Assembly (NCBI GenBank): GCA_976551045.1
Contig: CDPCPM010000028.1
Span: forward strand, 7,130,001-7,194,000
Direction: 5' to 3'
DNA from: Glaucostegus cemiculus
Taxonomy: Eukaryota
Length of the DNA stretch: 64,000 nt
This document shows, piece after piece, positions 61,732-64,000 of the stretch. Position 1 is the stretch's first letter; every line of letters begins with the position of its first letter. The position numbers were made by a program, and so were the translations under genes. The notes beneath the pieces were generated by a model. That model ran no database searches. It was not told the origin of the DNA and worked only from the letters and a program-made list of their open reading frames with translations.

Positions 61732-63582
61732 CTGTGAATATAGTAATATTAGGACAAGTAAGTACAAGTTACAGTTAGTAGTTATAGTAGGTTAATGCTA
61801 AGCATCACTTCGTTGGGCATCGAATAGGCCTGTGTTGTTAGGTAACCTAATAAAACTTTGATTGACTTTTTAATACAAATTAGCTATTTTTGCTAAATGA
61901 AAATTTATCAAGGAATTTGTTCAAAGAACCTGTCACAAATGTTATCCAGAGAAAATTACCACAAGTTATGCACAATGCTAAAACATACCCAAAACATTTA
62001 AACTAATCAAAGTGTGCAAATCCTTAAATGCCATATTGCTGAGTTGCATTTCTCATGGTATAATATTTCTTTAAAATAATTGTATTCTTTTTGTTATTTA
62101 AATAATTGGGCTGTAGGAGTCAAAGATAATCCTCAAAACAAAACAATGGAAATTGCTTCTAAATTTTCTTCATGTATAAAAAGTAATTAAATTACCTGAA
62201 AGCAATTTGAATTTCTAAATCAAATCTGTAGCAAGTCTAAAGCAGTAGCAATTAAAGTAGTAAACACAATCTAAGCAGAAAATGCTGGAAGTGAAAGGAA
62301 AAGTAAAATCCAAAATGATTTCTTCCTTTATTCCAATTTGTTGTCTTCACTTAGCTTCTGTCAATGTAATTTTTAAAAATTTTATATTAATTCCACTACC
62401 CTCCTCCAAAGCTTTGAGTTATGGATTTTTCAAAATCAATTTCAGACAGGCTTCTACCGAAACCACATAGTTAGTAGCAAATTGAAAGGCAACAGATAAA
62501 TCCAGATGCCCTTTTTTTTACATTCCACTACAATAATCGAAACTAAAAATACATTATGTATCATTCATGATGTCGAGACAACCCAAAATGCTTTTCAGAC
62601 GACTAAGTACTTGCAAAGGTTGGCCAGAATTGTAATGCTGGAAATACAGGAACCACTTTACACACAGCAAACTCCTAGAAGCACAAATTTGATGGGATTT
62701 ATTTTGGTTCATCAATAAATACCAACCACTACACCATGGAGAATACCACTTCTGAAATATAAACAAATTGCTGGAAATAAGTCATACTGCATCTATGGTA
62801 AGAGAAACAGAACAAACATCTTGGGTCTTCATCAGAAGATGATAATACAAGTAATTACCACATATATTTATTTACATTTATTGATCAGTCCAAAACATTA
62901 GCCTTCACATTTCCAGCCTCAGCGGTTTTTCCTGCCTTTCAGAATATCCCTTCCTATTATTTGACACACAATAAAGTGACTAATATTGATCAATCTAACA
63001 ATGAAATGTTTAATAAATGGTATAACCAGTGTTATCACCAGTTTGGCAGGGTGAGGGGAACTCAATTCAATATTTTGCCCAGTGTGTAAAACAAGCAACA
63101 GTCGTATAGGAAATGAGAGGAAGAAAAGGTCCCACAAACAACAATGAGAAATGTGGTCAGTAAGAACCCAAGACAGGAATGTTAGACTGGATTGAAAGAG
63201 ATCTCACCTGCCCTTCAAATAAAAAAAGATCTGTTTTAATAGATGATAAGTAGCCACCTCCTGTGCAGTGCTGTGATTTTTTTTAAAAATGCATTTCAAA
63301 TGCAGACTGATAAAGGATTACACATTACTGTATAAGTCAGGTAAAATATTCTCAATTCTAGCAAGTTAATTTTCTCCTTGAACTTCTAACTTAACATGTA
63401 TGCATGTGGAGCATTTAATGACTTAATAAAATTATTGGCATTTGTCGTTTATCTCAAACACTTATTCTTTAATAAAACAGCCACCTGTAGATCAAAGAAG
63501 TGAGATAACAAAACTAAGGGACTTCAGGGTTCAAATAGCACAAATCAAAGGAATTGCGAAACAAAGTACAGCAAAGGCAAAA

Positions 63583-64000
63583 AGAATCATGGAATGTTTA
63601 CAGTATAGGAGGTCAGTCAGCCCATCGTGTTCATGCTAGTTCTCTACCAGGGCAAATCTCCACACTGCCCAGCCACTTCTCCATAGCCTTGTAAATTTCT
63701 CACCATAGGTTTATCCGATTCTCTTTTTTTTTGTGAAGGCCACAACAGAACCTGCTTCCACTATATCTACATGCAGTGTATTGCAGATTCCAAAACATAC
63801 AATGCAAGAAAGCTTTCCCTTATTTCACGCCTAATTCTTTTCCCCTTTAGGTATAACTGTGATCTCCAGTTTGCAACTGTGCTGCCAATGGGAACAACCT
63901 TCCACTATCCACTTTGTGCAACACAAGATTTTATAACACTTCTGTTAGATCTCCCCTCACCTCTTCCCCCCACCTCCCCAAAAGAAAACAGTCCCAGCCT
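63583..64000 (-). mobile_element. CR1 LINE 3' end, old
   Basis: GAATCATGGAATGTTTACAGTATAGGAGG...CAGCCCATCGTG tail; ATTTTATAACACTTCTGTTAGATCTCCCCTCA. Confidence 0.7.

Overview
Eukaryotic (vertebrate) genomic DNA, AT-rich. The repeat content (HE1/V-SINE-like SINEs, CR1 LINEs, Penelope-like elements, a Rex1/Babar-like LINE) points to a cartilaginous fish, probably a ray or sawfish; this is an inference. The window holds two convergent, tail-to-tail intron-containing genes. On + is the 3' part of SCAF11: 8 coding exons, 1151-17312, including a 3.4-kb acidic/RS exon and the C-terminal CTD-binding domain. On - is most of ARID2: 16 coding exons, 61731 down to 24422, equivalent to human exons 6-21. 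I read every exon by hand and the phases chain without frameshift. Exon numbers follow the human genes as I recall them. There is no prokaryotic-type system and I cannot support a wholly new gene. The most interesting signals are: (i) a perfect 161-bp inverted duplication nested with a 124-bp direct duplication in a SCAF11 intron, a template-switch footprint; (ii) a cryptic ~52-aa tandem repeat carrying an array of SUMO consensus sites in SCAF11; (iii) a SINE that appears to supply the branch point of an ARID2 intron; (iv) candidate poison exons in ARID2 intron 6; (v) decayed hammerhead-ribozyme motifs in Penelope elements, one inverted pair of which brackets an in-frame 555-nt ARID2 exon block; (vi) a GC-AG intron; (vii) miR-155 and miR-499/208 seed sites in the ARID2 3'UTR.
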